Translations under genes and position numbers: made by a program
NCBI GenBank assembly: GCA_041660105.1
Contig: JBAZWZ010000001.1
Span: 523 to 64,522 of the forward strand
Reading direction: 5' to 3'
Length of the DNA: 64,000 bases
DNA from: Minisyncoccota bacterium
GTDB lineage: Bacteria; Patescibacteriota; Minisyncoccia; Phycocordibacterales; UBA1550
Notes under the pieces: generated by a model
What the model was told of the DNA's origin: nothing
Databases searched by the model: none
The model's input: only the letters and a program-made list of their open reading frames with translations
Part shown: piece after piece, positions 18,605 to 29,338 of the stretch
How positions within the stretch are numbered: position 1 is the first letter of the stretch
How the letters are laid out: each line of letters opens with the position of its first letter

Positions 18605-20275
18605 CTATTTCCCTTCACTTTTCGGTGTCAGCCCGAGGAGGGCGCGCGCGAGGCGAATATGGAGAAATGACACGTTGGGTCCAACGATATTTTTGATCGG
18701 CGAGAGGAGGAGCACTTTCCCCTCTTTCTGAAGTTCTTCGATTGCCTTCTCAATCTTCAAGAAATGCGGACGGGAAATCTCAAACTTTAAATACTCCATC
18801 GGCACGCGCGACTCCTCTTCCATAAGTTTTTCTATATGTGAAATGATAGTCTCCACTGTCATATCGCGCGCGTCGGCAATCTCCTGCAAACTTTTCTTCT
18901 CAGCAATGAGAAGCTCAGTCTCTTTGTGCGTAGGGAGCTTCTTCTCTTTTTCTTTTGGTTTTGAGCGCGCGAGAAATTCCTCCTGTTGTCGCTTGAGCTC
19001 TTTGGGGTCCATCTTTTTCACCTCGTCGCGCGCTCCACGGGAGAGCTCCTGAAACTCCGCATCGAGCTCACGCACTTCGGGATGCACCTGAAGAGCGTTT
19101 TCATTGATACCCAAAATGGTCAGCCCCTCGAGCGTGCGCACACGAGAGAGCGCCACGTACCCCATACCGGGCTCAAATGATTTCGAGAGATCCACCTCCA
19201 CAGCATCGAGGCTCATCCCCTGACTCTTGTGCACCGTGATCGCCCATGCGAGACGAAGTGGGTACTGGAGGATTTCTGCTTTCACCTTGCCATCTTCTTC
19301 AATCTTCCACGATGCTCGCGGAATAATTATCGTCTTGCCACTTACTGTGCGGATAACCGGGTCTTCCATTTCTTCGCACGACACCACAACACCGAGCGTG
19401 CCATTCACATATCCCGCTTCAAAATTATTCTTCACACACATCACGCGAGCGCCGGGCTTCAAACGAAGAAACTCAGGGGCAAGACAGGACTTCTTGAGCG
19501 TTGCGGCTATCTTTTCATTACCCCGTGTTGTCATCTCGTATTGAGTGACTTCACTATCGGGGATACGGTCGAGCTCGTCGTCGTTCAAAGAATCAACATC
19601 AGCGTTGTGGGTAAAAAGTTTTGTCGAAGTGGTGAACTTTGGTGAGCGTACATTGTGACGTGATTTGAGATGTCCACGCGCGATAGCTGACACTTGCCCT
19701 GATCGGATTTCATTGAGTATCGAGATGGCAGCATCATCCTGCTGACGAAACTGCTCCGACAAATAACACACCGTAAAGCCCGCATCTTTCCACGCATCAC
19801 TCGTATACACAAACTGTGCCTCAGGTTCACCAAAGCGCGCAATAGGCGGAAGCTGAAAAAAGTCCCCGCAGAGAATAACTTGGATACCTCCGAAAGGCTT
19901 ATCAGAATGTTTCATAGTCTTGAGAACACTGTTTACCAAGTCGAGACGAAAATGATGGAGCATCGATACCTCGTCGATGATAAGCACTTTCACTCTTTCA
20001 AAACGCTTGTGCAAATATGATTTCTCAAGCATCGCCTCAAGGTCATACGGCGAGAGATGCGCCGCAATCCCAATCCCCGCCCACGAGTGAATAGTCACCC
20101 CACCCATATGAGTAGCCGCAATCCCCGTTGAAGCCGTAATCCCCATATCAATATCGTGCTCGCGAAGGTACGCGATGTAGCGATTGACGAGATGCGTCTT
20201 CCCACTTCCTGCAGGCCCTGTCACAAAAACATTGCGTCCGGTCTTCAATATTTCAAATGCTTCGTCTTGGGTCAT
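18605..20275 (-). CDS. PIF1/RecD-like ATP-dependent DNA helicase with C-terminal HTH-like extension
   Basis: 556 aa; Walker A GPAGSGKTH, AAA_30 / UvrD_C_2-type motifs (IIDEVSMLH, VHKSQGMSL). Confidence 0.8.
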   Translation of the reverse strand: MTQDEAFEILKTGRNVFVTGPAGSGKTHLVNRYIAYLREHDIDMGITASTGIAATHMGGVTIHSWAGIGIAAHLSPYDLEAMLEKSYLHKRFERVKVLIIDEVSMLHHFRLDLVNSVLKTMKHSDKPFGGIQVILCGDFFQLPPIARFGEPEAQFVYTSDAWKDAGFTVCYLSEQFRQQDDAAISILNEIRSGQVSAIARGHLKSRHNVRSPKFTTSTKLFTHNADVDSLNDDELDRIPDSEVTQYEMTTRGNEKIAATLKKSCLAPEFLRLKPGARVMCVKNNFEAGYVNGTLGVVVSCEEMEDPVIRTVSGKTIIIPRASWKIEEDGKVKAEILQYPLRLAWAITVHKSQGMSLDAVEVDLSKSFEPGMGYVALSRVRTLEGLTILGINENALQVHPEVRELDAEFQELSRGARDEVKKMDPKELKRQQEEFLARSKPKEKEKKLPTHKETELLIAEKKSLQEIADARDMTVETIISHIEKLMEEESRVPMEYLKFEISRPHFLKIEKAIEELQKEGKVLLLSPIKNIVGPNVSFLHIRLARALLGLTPKSEGK

Positions 20276-20445
20276 GGGGGTAGTTAATAGTTGATAGTCA
20301 TTAGTCGATAGTGGGGATTGATATCTATCGTTCGATATATTGTATCACATCAAACTGGGTTTGACTTTTCATCTTCCTTGAGGCAGTATGACCTCAGTAA
20401 TGTCCCCTATTTTATAGGCCTACACAATAAACAAAGGAGAGCGCA

Positions 20446-20928
20446 ATGAACCAAGTAACCTTGTATTTGGCTGGTGGATTATTCAACGCAGCTGAACAGA
20501 TTCATAATCTCTACCTCGAAAAATATCTCGAGGAACTAGGGTATCATGTCATCCTCCCCCAGCGGGAAGCATTAAAATTCAAAAATGATGACTATTTCGA
20601 CATTCCGGGAATCGTCGATGACTGCGCAAAATGTGCAATCAGCCCACTCTATATTTACGTGGGATGTATTGACGGTACGGGAGCGGACGACGGAACTTGC
20701 GTTGAATACGGGATGGCTATCGCAATAAAAGGAGAGGCGATCGTATACCGGACAGATATTCGCACAGCCATCGACCGAGAAGTCGGCGTCAATGCAATGT
20801 TGCGCGCAAAAGGAACAAAGTTGGTTCTCTACCCGTGCTTCCTTACTGAACTCGAACAGATTGACGATTTCTATAAATCGCTCTCTCAAAAGATTCACGA
20901 AGCCGTTCGATCCCTCAATAACGTCTAA
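20446..20928 (+). CDS. Nucleoside 2-deoxyribosyltransferase-like protein
   Basis: 160 aa; N-terminal VTLYLAGGLFN matches the conserved YLAGPxF motif of PF05014. AGGAG RBS upstream of the ATG. Confidence 0.6.
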   Translation: MNQVTLYLAGGLFNAAEQIHNLYLEKYLEELGYHVILPQREALKFKNDDYFDIPGIVDDCAKCAISPLYIYVGCIDGTGADDGTCVEYGMAIAIKGEAIVYRTDIRTAIDREVGVNAMLRAKGTKLVLYPCFLTELEQIDDFYKSLSQKIHEAVRSLNNV

Positions 20929-20936
20929 TCAAATTC

Positions 20937-20970
20937 AAAAGCCCGCATTACGCGGGCTTTTTTCTTTTTC
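20937..20970 (+). terminator. Rho-independent terminator
   Basis: gcccgcattacgcgggc stem followed by ttttttctttttc. Confidence 0.8.
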
Positions 20971-20981
20971 AAATTCTATTT

Positions 20982-21524
20982 CTATAGTGAGATGGCACCA
21001 CTCTGATTTACGACAACATTAAAACCAATGCGGTAGTAATCTCGACCTACTTTTACACTACTATTTGGAACAGCAGGTGCATCAGTAATAGTGACGGTAT
21101 GTCCCTCAAATACAAATGCTTCTTTTCCAACCGTCATATCCTTTGTCTCTGATTTTGATGCAGTCGCGAGCGTGATATTTACCTTAAGTTCTCCTGCCCA
21201 AATACACTGCACATCTGCTGGGCAGCGACTGTCCGAAACAACTGAGTTTACTTTAATAGTCATATCCCCAACCTTTCCCGTTTCTCCGAGCCCCAACACG
21301 ACTTGCCCATTGTCTGGAGTAGGTGCTTGAGACACTGCAGGACATACAGCAAATTCACAGTTCGGTCCCGTGCGCCCGACCGCAGTTATTCCATCAGGAC
21401 AAATCTTTGCTTCCATCGTACACGCGATAGGTCGCTCGGAAGTGCTATCCCCAAATCCAACAAATGCCGCGATTGTAATCCCCACGACTGCTGTCACAAC
21501 AACAAGGATGTATCTTTTACTCAT
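20982..21524 (-). CDS. Secreted hypothetical protein (signal anchor, Cys-containing)
   Basis: Start set to the internal MSKRYILVVV (signal/TM). The upstream extension overlaps the opposite-strand gene. Confidence 0.45.
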   Translation of the reverse strand: MSKRYILVVVTAVVGITIAAFVGFGDSTSERPIACTMEAKICPDGITAVGRTGPNCEFAVCPAVSQAPTPDNGQVVLGLGETGKVGDMTIKVNSVVSDSRCPADVQCIWAGELKVNITLATASKSETKDMTVGKEAFVFEGHTVTITDAPAVPNSSVKVGRDYYRIGFNVVVNQSGAISL

Positions 21525-21617
21525 CTTTATATTATAGCAGAAACTCAATTTGACGCACATTGTTCTCAAGCGTATAGTGAAAACAGGGCACTTTCACTTA
21601 CCCAAAAGGAGGACATT

Positions 21618-21929
21618 GTGAACGAATCAATCTCTGCACTTTTGCTTTTGATTGTGTTTATTGGATTATCAATTTTAAGGACGGGCGTCGAAAACCGCGC
21701 TTCCCACGAGAACACCAAAGAAGGAATAGGTAGAGTAGTTGCTGTGTATTTTCGAGTCACATTTTTTGTCCTCGTGTGCGCGAATATCTTTGTTGTTGTT
21801 GGGCTCGCGCTCCCGCAAGTAGGGCATTTGTGTTTACACGGGCTTGCGCTCCTAATCGCGGTACTTTTGGGTCTTCTTGCTGGGGGCGAACCTCAGACAC
21901 CTCAAAGTTCTGGGTTTGAACGAAGTTGA
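21618..21929 (+). CDS. Small polytopic membrane protein (about 103 aa, GTG start)
   Basis: AGGAGG RBS 7 nt upstream of the in-frame GTG at 21618; three hydrophobic helices. The longer ATG-initiated ORF overlaps the minus-strand gene. Confidence 0.45.
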   Translation: MNESISALLLLIVFIGLSILRTGVENRASHENTKEGIGRVVAVYFRVTFFVLVCANIFVVVGLALPQVGHLCLHGLALLIAVLLGLLAGGEPQTPQSSGFERS

Positions 21930-21964
21930 GTTTTCCAAAGAGGCCGCACACGCGACCTCTTTTC

Positions 21965-22753
21965 TTATTCAAATGAAGTAATGGCGGACGATGGAACAGT
22001 GTCAAGATTTTCATTGTTGAGAAATTTTTTAATTTCTTCTAGGTTCCAGCGAACGCTCTGGAGTTCGCCATCGGTCAACCCTGGCATCAACGGCTTACTT
22101 GCAAACTCTGCAATATATCTGCGTGCATCATTAAATTCAGAATTAAAATATTTTTCCCTTCCCGCAATATATTTTGCCAACAGGCTAAAATCCCTATACA
22201 CAAACGCTTTACGATCAGTGATAAATATATCAGTATCAACTAAGTATATTTCATTTTGCTGCGCCTCCGCCGTGTGCCCATACACATATTGTTCTGGCCC
22301 ATAAATATCGTCTAAATAAAAGCCCCCAGATATTGATTTATCCAGAAGATACTTTGCAAGCGTGGCATAATGCGCCTCAACCTTTTCCGCAATTTCCTGA
22401 TTGTTTTTAACCCCGAAAAAATTTTGCCCTTCAATCTTATCCACTACTGAATATATTATCTCCTCTCCTTCTTCATTTTTCCCAACAATAAAATCTGCGG
22501 GGACGAGAATCCCGTATGATTCTTCAAGTTCCTGATAGAGCTTCTTCGCTATTTGTGCAAGTTCCAATATCCCAAATCTATTTTGGTAAATTTCATTTAG
22601 TTCGCTAAATTTCTCTGCGCGAATAATCTTTCCAGGGGCTTCCGCCAACTTATTTAGTTTCCCCTTTTCTCCACTATATCCGGAAACCTTACTCTCCTTG
22701 AGTATCCCGAGAAACGGCGTCCCTTCTTTCTTATTTGGTCCGATGTCTTCCAT
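21965..22753 (-). CDS. Hypothetical protein (262 aa), possibly kinase-like
   Basis: ORF with an IYLVDTD motif; no confident family. Confidence 0.35.
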   Translation of the reverse strand: MEDIGPNKKEGTPFLGILKESKVSGYSGEKGKLNKLAEAPGKIIRAEKFSELNEIYQNRFGILELAQIAKKLYQELEESYGILVPADFIVGKNEEGEEIIYSVVDKIEGQNFFGVKNNQEIAEKVEAHYATLAKYLLDKSISGGFYLDDIYGPEQYVYGHTAEAQQNEIYLVDTDIFITDRKAFVYRDFSLLAKYIAGREKYFNSEFNDARRYIAEFASKPLMPGLTDGELQSVRWNLEEIKKFLNNENLDTVPSSAITSFE

Positions 22754-22758
22754 ATATC

Positions 22759-23388
22759 TTATTCTATCACATCCATAAGAACTGGGGATACACGTTCGGC
22801 AATAGTCGCGTAACCTGCATCATTTGGATGAATAGCATCCGACATATATTTATCATTACCAAATAGCCCACCAAGCACGTCAGACACGTATGCTGTGTGA
22901 TACATATCGCGAAGTTCCTCAAACTCCGTATCAAATTTGTCGTTAAAAAGTCCACCACGCACGCCAAGGAGGAGCACGATCGCACCGCGTGACTGTATGT
23001 TTTGAATAAGCACCTCGAGATTCTTGCGCGTATCAGCAAGAGGGATTTTCTTCAAGTGATCATTGCCACCAAGAAGAAGAAGTACGACTTTTGGATTATA
23101 TTTATCGAGCTCACCCAGACGCGCGATGCCGTCCGCGGTCGTGTCCCCCGAATGCCCGAGGTTCACAATAGGCTTTCCAATCTTTTTTGAGACGAGCGAG
23201 ACAAAATCATTGCCACCAGTTGAACCCACTCCTGCAACAAGACTATCGCCAAAAGCAATGATGTCCGTGCCCTGCGAAGGATAATTTGCAATCGATGCAG
23301 GACGATTGAAATATATAATACCAAGCACAATAAGTGCGAGGACTGAGACAGTTAAAATTATTGTTTGAAGTTTCATTATTATTTCCAT
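22759..23388 (-). CDS. SGNH/GDSL hydrolase family esterase
   Basis: GDSL block (IIAFGDSLVAGVG), GGNDH block (LLLGGNDHL), DxxH block (DAIHPND); N-terminal TM anchor. Confidence 0.8.
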   Translation of the reverse strand: MEIIMKLQTIILTVSVLALIVLGIIYFNRPASIANYPSQGTDIIAFGDSLVAGVGSTGGNDFVSLVSKKIGKPIVNLGHSGDTTADGIARLGELDKYNPKVVLLLLGGNDHLKKIPLADTRKNLEVLIQNIQSRGAIVLLLGVRGGLFNDKFDTEFEELRDMYHTAYVSDVLGGLFGNDKYMSDAIHPNDAGYATIAERVSPVLMDVIE

Positions 23389-23987
23389 TCCTTAATACTT
23401 GCAGCGGTGCGCTCAACGGGATGAGCACTGCGAATGTGCTTCCTGTTTTTTTCGGGCACGGCGGGAATATGATGCATATTAAAAATGGCGTTACCGATAT
23501 CCCACAAATCATCCTCGGCACTTACCCACTTCGTACCAAAGCGTTTCAGGTTGATTGGGCGCGAATATCCTACCATTGTCTTCTTGCCATTCTTAGTCAA
23601 AAAATATTCATGAAAGTACGAGAGTGCGAGCTCGCGTGGCGTAAGGTAGACTGGGTCGCGGTAGCGGAGCACAGCGTGATTGGTCTTGCTTATGGCGCCC
23701 CAGTAACCATTCTTCTTATAGAGTGCCACAATGTGATCATCATCCCCTTTCGAAACTTTGAGACTCATAATGAGTGGCTTCTCGCCTTGGAGCCACAGCG
23801 CCACAGCCGCAAGCATCGCACCCTCGATACAGTGAGCCTTCTTCTCTTTGAGCACACGCGCAGGCGACATACAGGTCACGCCATTCTTCTCGTGGTTCTG
23901 GGGAAACGCATCCAAAAAATCCTGAATCTTGTGCGGGGTGTTCAGTCGAGCGAGTATTTTGAGATTATCTTTCGTAAGTGGAGGCAT
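23379..23987 (-). CDS. Hypothetical protein, transglutaminase-like Cys-protease fold candidate
   Basis: 202 aa; HCIEGAMLAAVALWLQG and a later His resemble the transglutaminase-like core. Weak. Confidence 0.35.
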   Translation of the reverse strand: MPPLTKDNLKILARLNTPHKIQDFLDAFPQNHEKNGVTCMSPARVLKEKKAHCIEGAMLAAVALWLQGEKPLIMSLKVSKGDDDHIVALYKKNGYWGAISKTNHAVLRYRDPVYLTPRELALSYFHEYFLTKNGKKTMVGYSRPINLKRFGTKWVSAEDDLWDIGNAIFNMHHIPAVPEKNRKHIRSAHPVERTAASIKEWK

Positions 23988-24038
23988 ACATATATTTTAG
24001 CACATACATTTTGATTTTTTGACGTTTTAGGATACTCT

Positions 24039-25097
24039 TTGTCTATTAACACTATGAACCAAGAATTATTGGCTACTGCCACAAAAAACGTTACTGATTT
24101 CCTTACGCTCGCTATTGAACACAAGGCGCCAGAGAGAGCCCTCGTTGTCTACGATACACGCCACGGACTTACTGACATAATGACCGCCGCATATAGGAAT
24201 GCCCTTCCCGATGCCCGCTTCATCGACTTCGACAAGACGAGTAAAGAAGACATTCTCGCTGCCTTTGATGAAATGAAGCCAAAGGATTTGGTTGTACTCA
24301 TCCAGTCTTCCAACTTCCTCCTCGACGCGTTTCGCATCCGCCTCCATCTCTTTGAAAAGGGTCTCAAAGTTATCGAACACCTTCATCTCCACCGCAACAC
24401 GGAAAAAGTGTGGGATGTGTATATCAACTCCATCGCCTATGATATCAACTGGTACCGCAATATCGGTCCTTGGATCAAGTCCAAGCTCGACCCTGCGAAA
24501 GAGCTCTGTATCGAAGGAGAGGATGCAGTCCTTACGGTCAGTGGTCCCCTCCTCCCCTCGCTTCTCAATATCGGCAACTATGCAGGAATGAAAAACGTTG
24601 GAGGTACGCTCCCTATCGGTGAAGTGATTAGTGAGTGTGTAAATTTTGAAGACATGAACGGTTCTATGAAACTCTTTGCATACGCCGACACTGACTTTGA
24701 AACAATGATTCTCAAGCCCTTCCGCGTGGACATCAAAGAAAGTTTAGTTGTTGGCTGGAACGAAAATACACCTGAGTCATTTGGACGAATGGTTGAGAAT
24801 GTGAAAAAATACGAGCGACCAATCATTCGCGAGCTCGGGTTTGGCCTCAATCGTGCGGTCACCAAAGAGCGCTACCTCGAAGACATTACCGCATTTGAGC
24901 GACTCGTGGGCCTCCACCTTTCACTCGGCGAGAAGCACAGCATTTACAAAAAAGAAGGCATTGTGGCACACAAGTCGAAGTTCCACATCGACATATTTCT
25001 TGTTACTGACAGAATGCTCGTCGATGGCGTACCATTCTTTGAAAATGGAAAGTTTTTGATGCCTGAAGATTATAAATCTAATTTATTTACCCGCTAG
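24039..25097 (+). CDS. Hypothetical protein (352 aa)
   Basis: Long ORF on the plus strand; a possible M29-like aminopeptidase fold, not verifiable here. Confidence 0.4.
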   Translation: MSINTMNQELLATATKNVTDFLTLAIEHKAPERALVVYDTRHGLTDIMTAAYRNALPDARFIDFDKTSKEDILAAFDEMKPKDLVVLIQSSNFLLDAFRIRLHLFEKGLKVIEHLHLHRNTEKVWDVYINSIAYDINWYRNIGPWIKSKLDPAKELCIEGEDAVLTVSGPLLPSLLNIGNYAGMKNVGGTLPIGEVISECVNFEDMNGSMKLFAYADTDFETMILKPFRVDIKESLVVGWNENTPESFGRMVENVKKYERPIIRELGFGLNRAVTKERYLEDITAFERLVGLHLSLGEKHSIYKKEGIVAHKSKFHIDIFLVTDRMLVDGVPFFENGKFLMPEDYKSNLFTR

Positions 25098-25201
25098 ACT
25101 TTTACCACTAATACATAAAGCTGATAAAAGGTGTATAATGTAATAAATTATTAATTAATAACCTAGTCTATCTTGGTAAAAGTTAGGCGGGCAAGCATAT
25201 T

Positions 25202-25438
25202 ATGGACGAAGATGAAGATGATGTAGTAGTGGTGAGGGATAGTAACGGTACCATCTTGAGTAAGGGCGACACGGTGGTTGTCATTAAAGATTTGAAGGTT
25301 AAGGGTAGCTCCTCGGTAGTAAAAAGAGGAACCAAGGTTAAAAACATTTCACTTGAAGATGACGGCGAGCATGTATCAGGTAGTGGTGACGGTGTGAAAG
25401 GTATCGCACTCAAGGCTGAATTCTTGAAGAAAGCGTAA
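25202..25438 (+). CDS. PhnA/YjdC-like C-terminal domain protein
   Basis: 78 aa; DSNGTILSKGDTVVVIKDLKVKGSSSVVKRGTKVKNI..GVKGIALKAEFLKKA closely matches the PhnA C-terminal domain. Confidence 0.7.
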   Translation: MDEDEDDVVVVRDSNGTILSKGDTVVVIKDLKVKGSSSVVKRGTKVKNISLEDDGEHVSGSGDGVKGIALKAEFLKKA

Positions 25439-25443
25439 AAATA

Positions 25444-25497
25444 CAAAAGCCCCACCGAGCACCAGTAATGGTGCTCGGTGGGGCTTTTGTGTTTTTG
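25444..25497. terminator. Bidirectional rho-independent terminator (shared-core family)
   Basis: gccccaccgagcaccagtaatggtgctcggtggggc followed by ttttgtgttttt. The core CCGAGCACCAGTA[A/C]TGGTGCTCGG recurs at 35228-35257. Confidence 0.8.
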
Positions 25498-26340
25498 CTA
25501 CCTTCCAAGAATTGCCGCGGCGGAAAAAATCACTATCACCACAATAGAAACAAAAAACATATTGTGCGCCCAACGTTTGTCATCTTTTACCTTAAACCCT
25601 TGTATTGAAAGCGCGAGCCACGAGAGCCCTACAACGAGCATTAATCCTGAGCTACTAAAATGACCATACGCAGAGAGCGCGAGGGTTGCCACAATAAACA
25701 ACGCAACAAAAACAACCATAATTATTTTTGTTGTATGAATACTTTTCTTAAAAGGGAGCACAAATACTCCTGCCTTAATAAAATCTTCCATACGATATAT
25801 TGCAAACGCAAACGAGTGCGGTATTTGCCATAAAACTAATATGCAGAACAAAATAATTGCCGAAATGTCTACCCTCCCACTTACTGCGAGATACCCCGCA
25901 ACGGGGGCCATCGCCCCTGCGATGCTTCCCACAAACACCCCGTACCCAGAGTTACGCTTGAGCCATAGCGTATACACAATCACATACACAAAGAGACCAA
26001 GAAGTGCTGCGGAAACAGTAAGAAGATTTGTATAAAAAGTGAGAATAGAAACCCCAAGAATCGCAAGGATTATCCCATACACGATAGCAGTACGGGGCGC
26101 AATGGTCCCCCTAATGAGTGCGCGATTTTTCGTCCTGTCCATAACCGCGTCAATATCACGATCGATATAATTATTGAACACACAACCCGAAGCCATCACA
26201 AGAGAGACACCGAGAAGCACCCCAAAAAGAAGTGTCCAATTTATAAAAACCTGAGATGCCAAGAAAAATCCTGCAACAACCGTAATAGCATTACCAAAAA
26301 TAATACCAGGTTTCGTAATCGAGATATAATCTTTAATCAA
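25498..26340 (-). CDS. cyoE: Protoheme IX farnesyltransferase (heme O synthase)
   Basis: 280-aa UbiA-family membrane protein with a NNYIDRDID motif; last gene of the cyo operon. Confidence 0.85.
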   Translation of the reverse strand: MIKDYISITKPGIIFGNAITVVAGFFLASQVFINWTLLFGVLLGVSLVMASGCVFNNYIDRDIDAVMDRTKNRALIRGTIAPRTAIVYGIILAILGVSILTFYTNLLTVSAALLGLFVYVIVYTLWLKRNSGYGVFVGSIAGAMAPVAGYLAVSGRVDISAIILFCILVLWQIPHSFAFAIYRMEDFIKAGVFVLPFKKSIHTTKIIMVVFVALFIVATLALSAYGHFSSSGLMLVVGLSWLALSIQGFKVKDDKRWAHNMFFVSIVVIVIFSAAAILGR

Positions 26341-26351
26341 ATTCGTTTCAC

Positions 26352-26735
26352 TTACTGCGGAATGTACCCTTCGTTCGAATTAAGCGGAGATGCATCTGCC
26401 ATATTCATATTGTATTTCAAATTATTCATAATCCATATAGACCCAATAACCAAAAAGACCACCATAAGAATAGTATAGATGAATACGATGAGGTTCCACT
26501 CTGGCTTGGACTTTCTGCTCAAATGAAGGAAGAAGATTACTTGCACCAAGAGCTGAGCAAGCGCAATCCCAACTACGGATACAACAGCGGTCTGAACAGA
26601 GAGCATATGATTGACCACCATCACGTACGGGATGAGCGTGAGCGCTATCGACAACACAAAGCCAATCACATAGGAGTTGATAGCATTTCGTCCTGCCTCA
26701 AACTGTTCATCTATTACTTTAAAATCGTTTGTCAT
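26352..26735 (-). CDS. cyoD: Cytochrome o ubiquinol oxidase subunit IV
   Basis: 127 aa, 3 TM; operon position after subunit III. Confidence 0.7.
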   Translation of the reverse strand: MTNDFKVIDEQFEAGRNAINSYVIGFVLSIALTLIPYVMVVNHMLSVQTAVVSVVGIALAQLLVQVIFFLHLSRKSKPEWNLIVFIYTILMVVFLVIGSIWIMNNLKYNMNMADASPLNSNEGYIPQ

Positions 26736-26745
26736 AGTAGTTGTT

Positions 26746-27378
26746 CTATAGTGCGCCCATTAAATACACGAAAGTAAAAATAAATATCCACACAATATCA
26801 AGGAAGTGCCAGAAGAGTCCGAGTGTTGATATCTTCCCGACCGTCGTCTGCGTGAGTCCGTATTTCAAAACTTGAGCAAGGAGTCCCCCCATCCAGACAA
26901 GACCAAGTGTCACGTGTACTCCGTGCGTCCCCACGAGGGTAAAGAACGATGACAAAAATCCGCTTGCCTGCCATGAATGACCTTCACTGAAAAGTTTTGC
27001 AAACTCACTAATCTCCATAGTGACAAAGGCGACACCAAGGAACATCGTCACCATCATCCAAAAGACAACCATATCCTTGCGGTCGTGATGACGCGCATAC
27101 ACCGAAGCGAGTCCATACGTGAAACTGCTTGTGAGGAGGATGAGAGTCTCAATGAGGACAAACGGCATACTGAACAAATCCTTCGCAGATGGCCCACCAA
27201 ATGTATTGTTGTGAAGCACTGCGTAAACCGCAAAGAGGCTTCCAAACAAAAGGATATCGCTCATAATGTATACCCAGAACCCAAAAAGTGCTTTTGCCTC
27301 TTTGTTGTGATGTAGCTCGTGAGCGTCCTCGGAGTGATGTAGTATTTCTGTTGTCATATTATTTATTTGTTCGTGCAC
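26746..27378 (-). CDS. cyoC: Cytochrome o ubiquinol oxidase subunit III
   Basis: 210 aa, 5 TM; heme-copper oxidase subunit III-like. Confidence 0.8.
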   Translation of the reverse strand: MHEQINNMTTEILHHSEDAHELHHNKEAKALFGFWVYIMSDILLFGSLFAVYAVLHNNTFGGPSAKDLFSMPFVLIETLILLTSSFTYGLASVYARHHDRKDMVVFWMMVTMFLGVAFVTMEISEFAKLFSEGHSWQASGFLSSFFTLVGTHGVHVTLGLVWMGGLLAQVLKYGLTQTTVGKISTLGLFWHFLDIVWIFIFTFVYLMGAL

Positions 27379-29320
27379 CTTCTATTGTTGCGACCTGAGC
27401 TGCCGACACGGTATATTCGGTATGATAATCAAATGATCTCACTATCGCAGCAATAATGATCCCGAGTATCCCAGCCCCAGCTAGCCACCAGATGTGCCAC
27501 ACAATACCAAAGCACATAAGAAATGCGATACCACCAATATAGAACCCGATTCCCGTATTCCTTGGCATATGAATATCTTCGTAATGCGGAGTTTCTTTCA
27601 CCGCATTACCATACTTCATATCCCAGAAAGCGTGGCGCCCGTGCACTGTCGGGATAACCGCGAAGTTATAAAATGGCGGAGGTGATGAAGTCGACCACTC
27701 GAGAGTCCTCCCCTCACCCCAGGCATCACCCGTAGTATCCATATTATTCTTACGCTGTATGACCCCCATTACAAACTGAAGTATCAGGAGTACGACACCC
27801 ACTGCGATGATGAGAACACCAATTGCAGAGATAATAAGGAGTGGCTCCCATCCCGTCCCTGCATCAATATGACTCAAGCGTCTCGTCATCCCTTGGAGTC
27901 CCAGTATGTAAACAGGGATAAATGTGACAAAGAAACCAATAATCCAAGCCCAGAACGTGGCCTTCCCAAACGATTCACTTAGTTTGAAACCAAAAATCTT
28001 GGGGAACCAATATATAAGTCCCGCAAAATACCCAAACACCACACCGCCGATAATAGTGTTGTGGAAGTGCGCAATGAGGAACAAGCTGTTGTGAAGCTGG
28101 AAATCAGCTCCCGGCACCGCGAGGAGTACCCCCGTCATACCTCCAATGGTAAACGTGAAGATAAACCCAATGAGCCAGAGCATCGGCGATGCAAACGTGA
28201 TGCGACCGCGGAACATTGTGAAGAGCCAGTTGAAGACTTTCACTCCCGTCGGCACCGCGATGATCATCGTCATAATACCGAAAAATGCGTTTACATCTGC
28301 TCCCGCCCCCATCGTAAAGAAGTGGTGCGCCCAAACCACGAACGACAAGAATGTGATGGCGATGACAGCCCATATCATTGTCGTGTAACCAAAAAGTTTC
28401 TTTTTTGAGAACATTGATACGACTTCAGAGAAAATACCAAATGCCGGCAAAACAAGGATGTACACCTCAGGGTGCCCCCACGCCCAGATGAGGTTGATAT
28501 ACATCATTGCATTTCCACCAAAATCAGCCGTAAAGAAGTGCATCCCCATAAGGCGGTCGAGCGCAAGCAATGAGATCGCCGCAGTAAAAATAGGGAACGT
28601 AACAATAACGAGTGCCATTGACCCAAACACTGTCCATACGAATACGGGCATTCGCATAAACGTCATCCCCTTGCAACGCATCATAATGATAGTCGCGAAG
28701 AAGTTTATTCCACCAATGAGGCTCGCGGCTCCCGAAAGCTGTAGTGCCCAAATATAATAATCCACACCCACCCCAGGACTAAAGAGGATCCCAGAAAGTG
28801 GTGGATATGCAAGCCAACCTACCGCTGCAAATTCTCCAATAGCCAAGGACACATTGACCAGTGCTGCACCCGCGACCGTAAGCCAGAGCGTGAGCGAGTT
28901 GAGAAAAGGATAGGCTACATCGCGTGAGCCAATTTGCAAAGGAAGAACTAGGTTAATCAGACCAAAGAGGAGAGGCATTGCCACAAAGAAAATCATCACA
29001 ACCGCGTGCCCGGTAAAGATCTGGTCATAGTGCTCGGGAGGCAAGTAACCATACGAAGTACCCACCGAAAAAACCTGCTGTGCTTTCATCATTACGGCAT
29101 CCGCAAATCCGCGCACGATCATAACAAACGCCAAAATCACATACATTATACCGATCTTCTTGTGGTCAACCGAGGTGAGCCATTCTGTCCAAAGCCATTT
29201 CCACTTCTTGAAGTAGGTAATGGCACCAATAATTCCTACTGCACAAATACCCATAAAGATACTTGCACCCAAAACGATGTGATCCTGGGGAAGCGCGGCG
29301 AGTGTTAAGTTTCCTAGCAT
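27359..29320 (-). CDS. cyoB: Cytochrome o ubiquinol oxidase subunit I (heme-copper oxidase catalytic subunit)
   Basis: 653 aa; conserved His ligands (WAHHFF, HFHNTI, HPEVY). Confidence 0.9.
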   Translation of the reverse strand: MLGNLTLAALPQDHIVLGASIFMGICAVGIIGAITYFKKWKWLWTEWLTSVDHKKIGIMYVILAFVMIVRGFADAVMMKAQQVFSVGTSYGYLPPEHYDQIFTGHAVVMIFFVAMPLLFGLINLVLPLQIGSRDVAYPFLNSLTLWLTVAGAALVNVSLAIGEFAAVGWLAYPPLSGILFSPGVGVDYYIWALQLSGAASLIGGINFFATIIMMRCKGMTFMRMPVFVWTVFGSMALVIVTFPIFTAAISLLALDRLMGMHFFTADFGGNAMMYINLIWAWGHPEVYILVLPAFGIFSEVVSMFSKKKLFGYTTMIWAVIAITFLSFVVWAHHFFTMGAGADVNAFFGIMTMIIAVPTGVKVFNWLFTMFRGRITFASPMLWLIGFIFTFTIGGMTGVLLAVPGADFQLHNSLFLIAHFHNTIIGGVVFGYFAGLIYWFPKIFGFKLSESFGKATFWAWIIGFFVTFIPVYILGLQGMTRRLSHIDAGTGWEPLLIISAIGVLIIAVGVVLLILQFVMGVIQRKNNMDTTGDAWGEGRTLEWSTSSPPPFYNFAVIPTVHGRHAFWDMKYGNAVKETPHYEDIHMPRNTGIGFYIGGIAFLMCFGIVWHIWWLAGAGILGIIIAAIVRSFDYHTEYTVSAAQVATIEGARTNK

Positions 29321-29338
29321 AGTATTATTATTTATTGA

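Noticed and set aside
20276-20445. Direct and inverted repeats (tagttgatag / gatatctatcgttcgatat) in the divergent Pif1 / deoxyribosyltransferase intergenic region as a specific element
   Set aside because: Short and low-complexity. Plausibly just operator/promoter sequence, with no supporting second copy. Mentioned only as likely promoter space.
14460-25185. AAAAGTTAGGYGGG motif 12-17 nt upstream of the HlyD and phnA-like starts as a shared regulatory box
   Set aside because: Only about three occurrences with variable spacing. It could be extended SD-like sequence by chance, so it is not reported as a feature.
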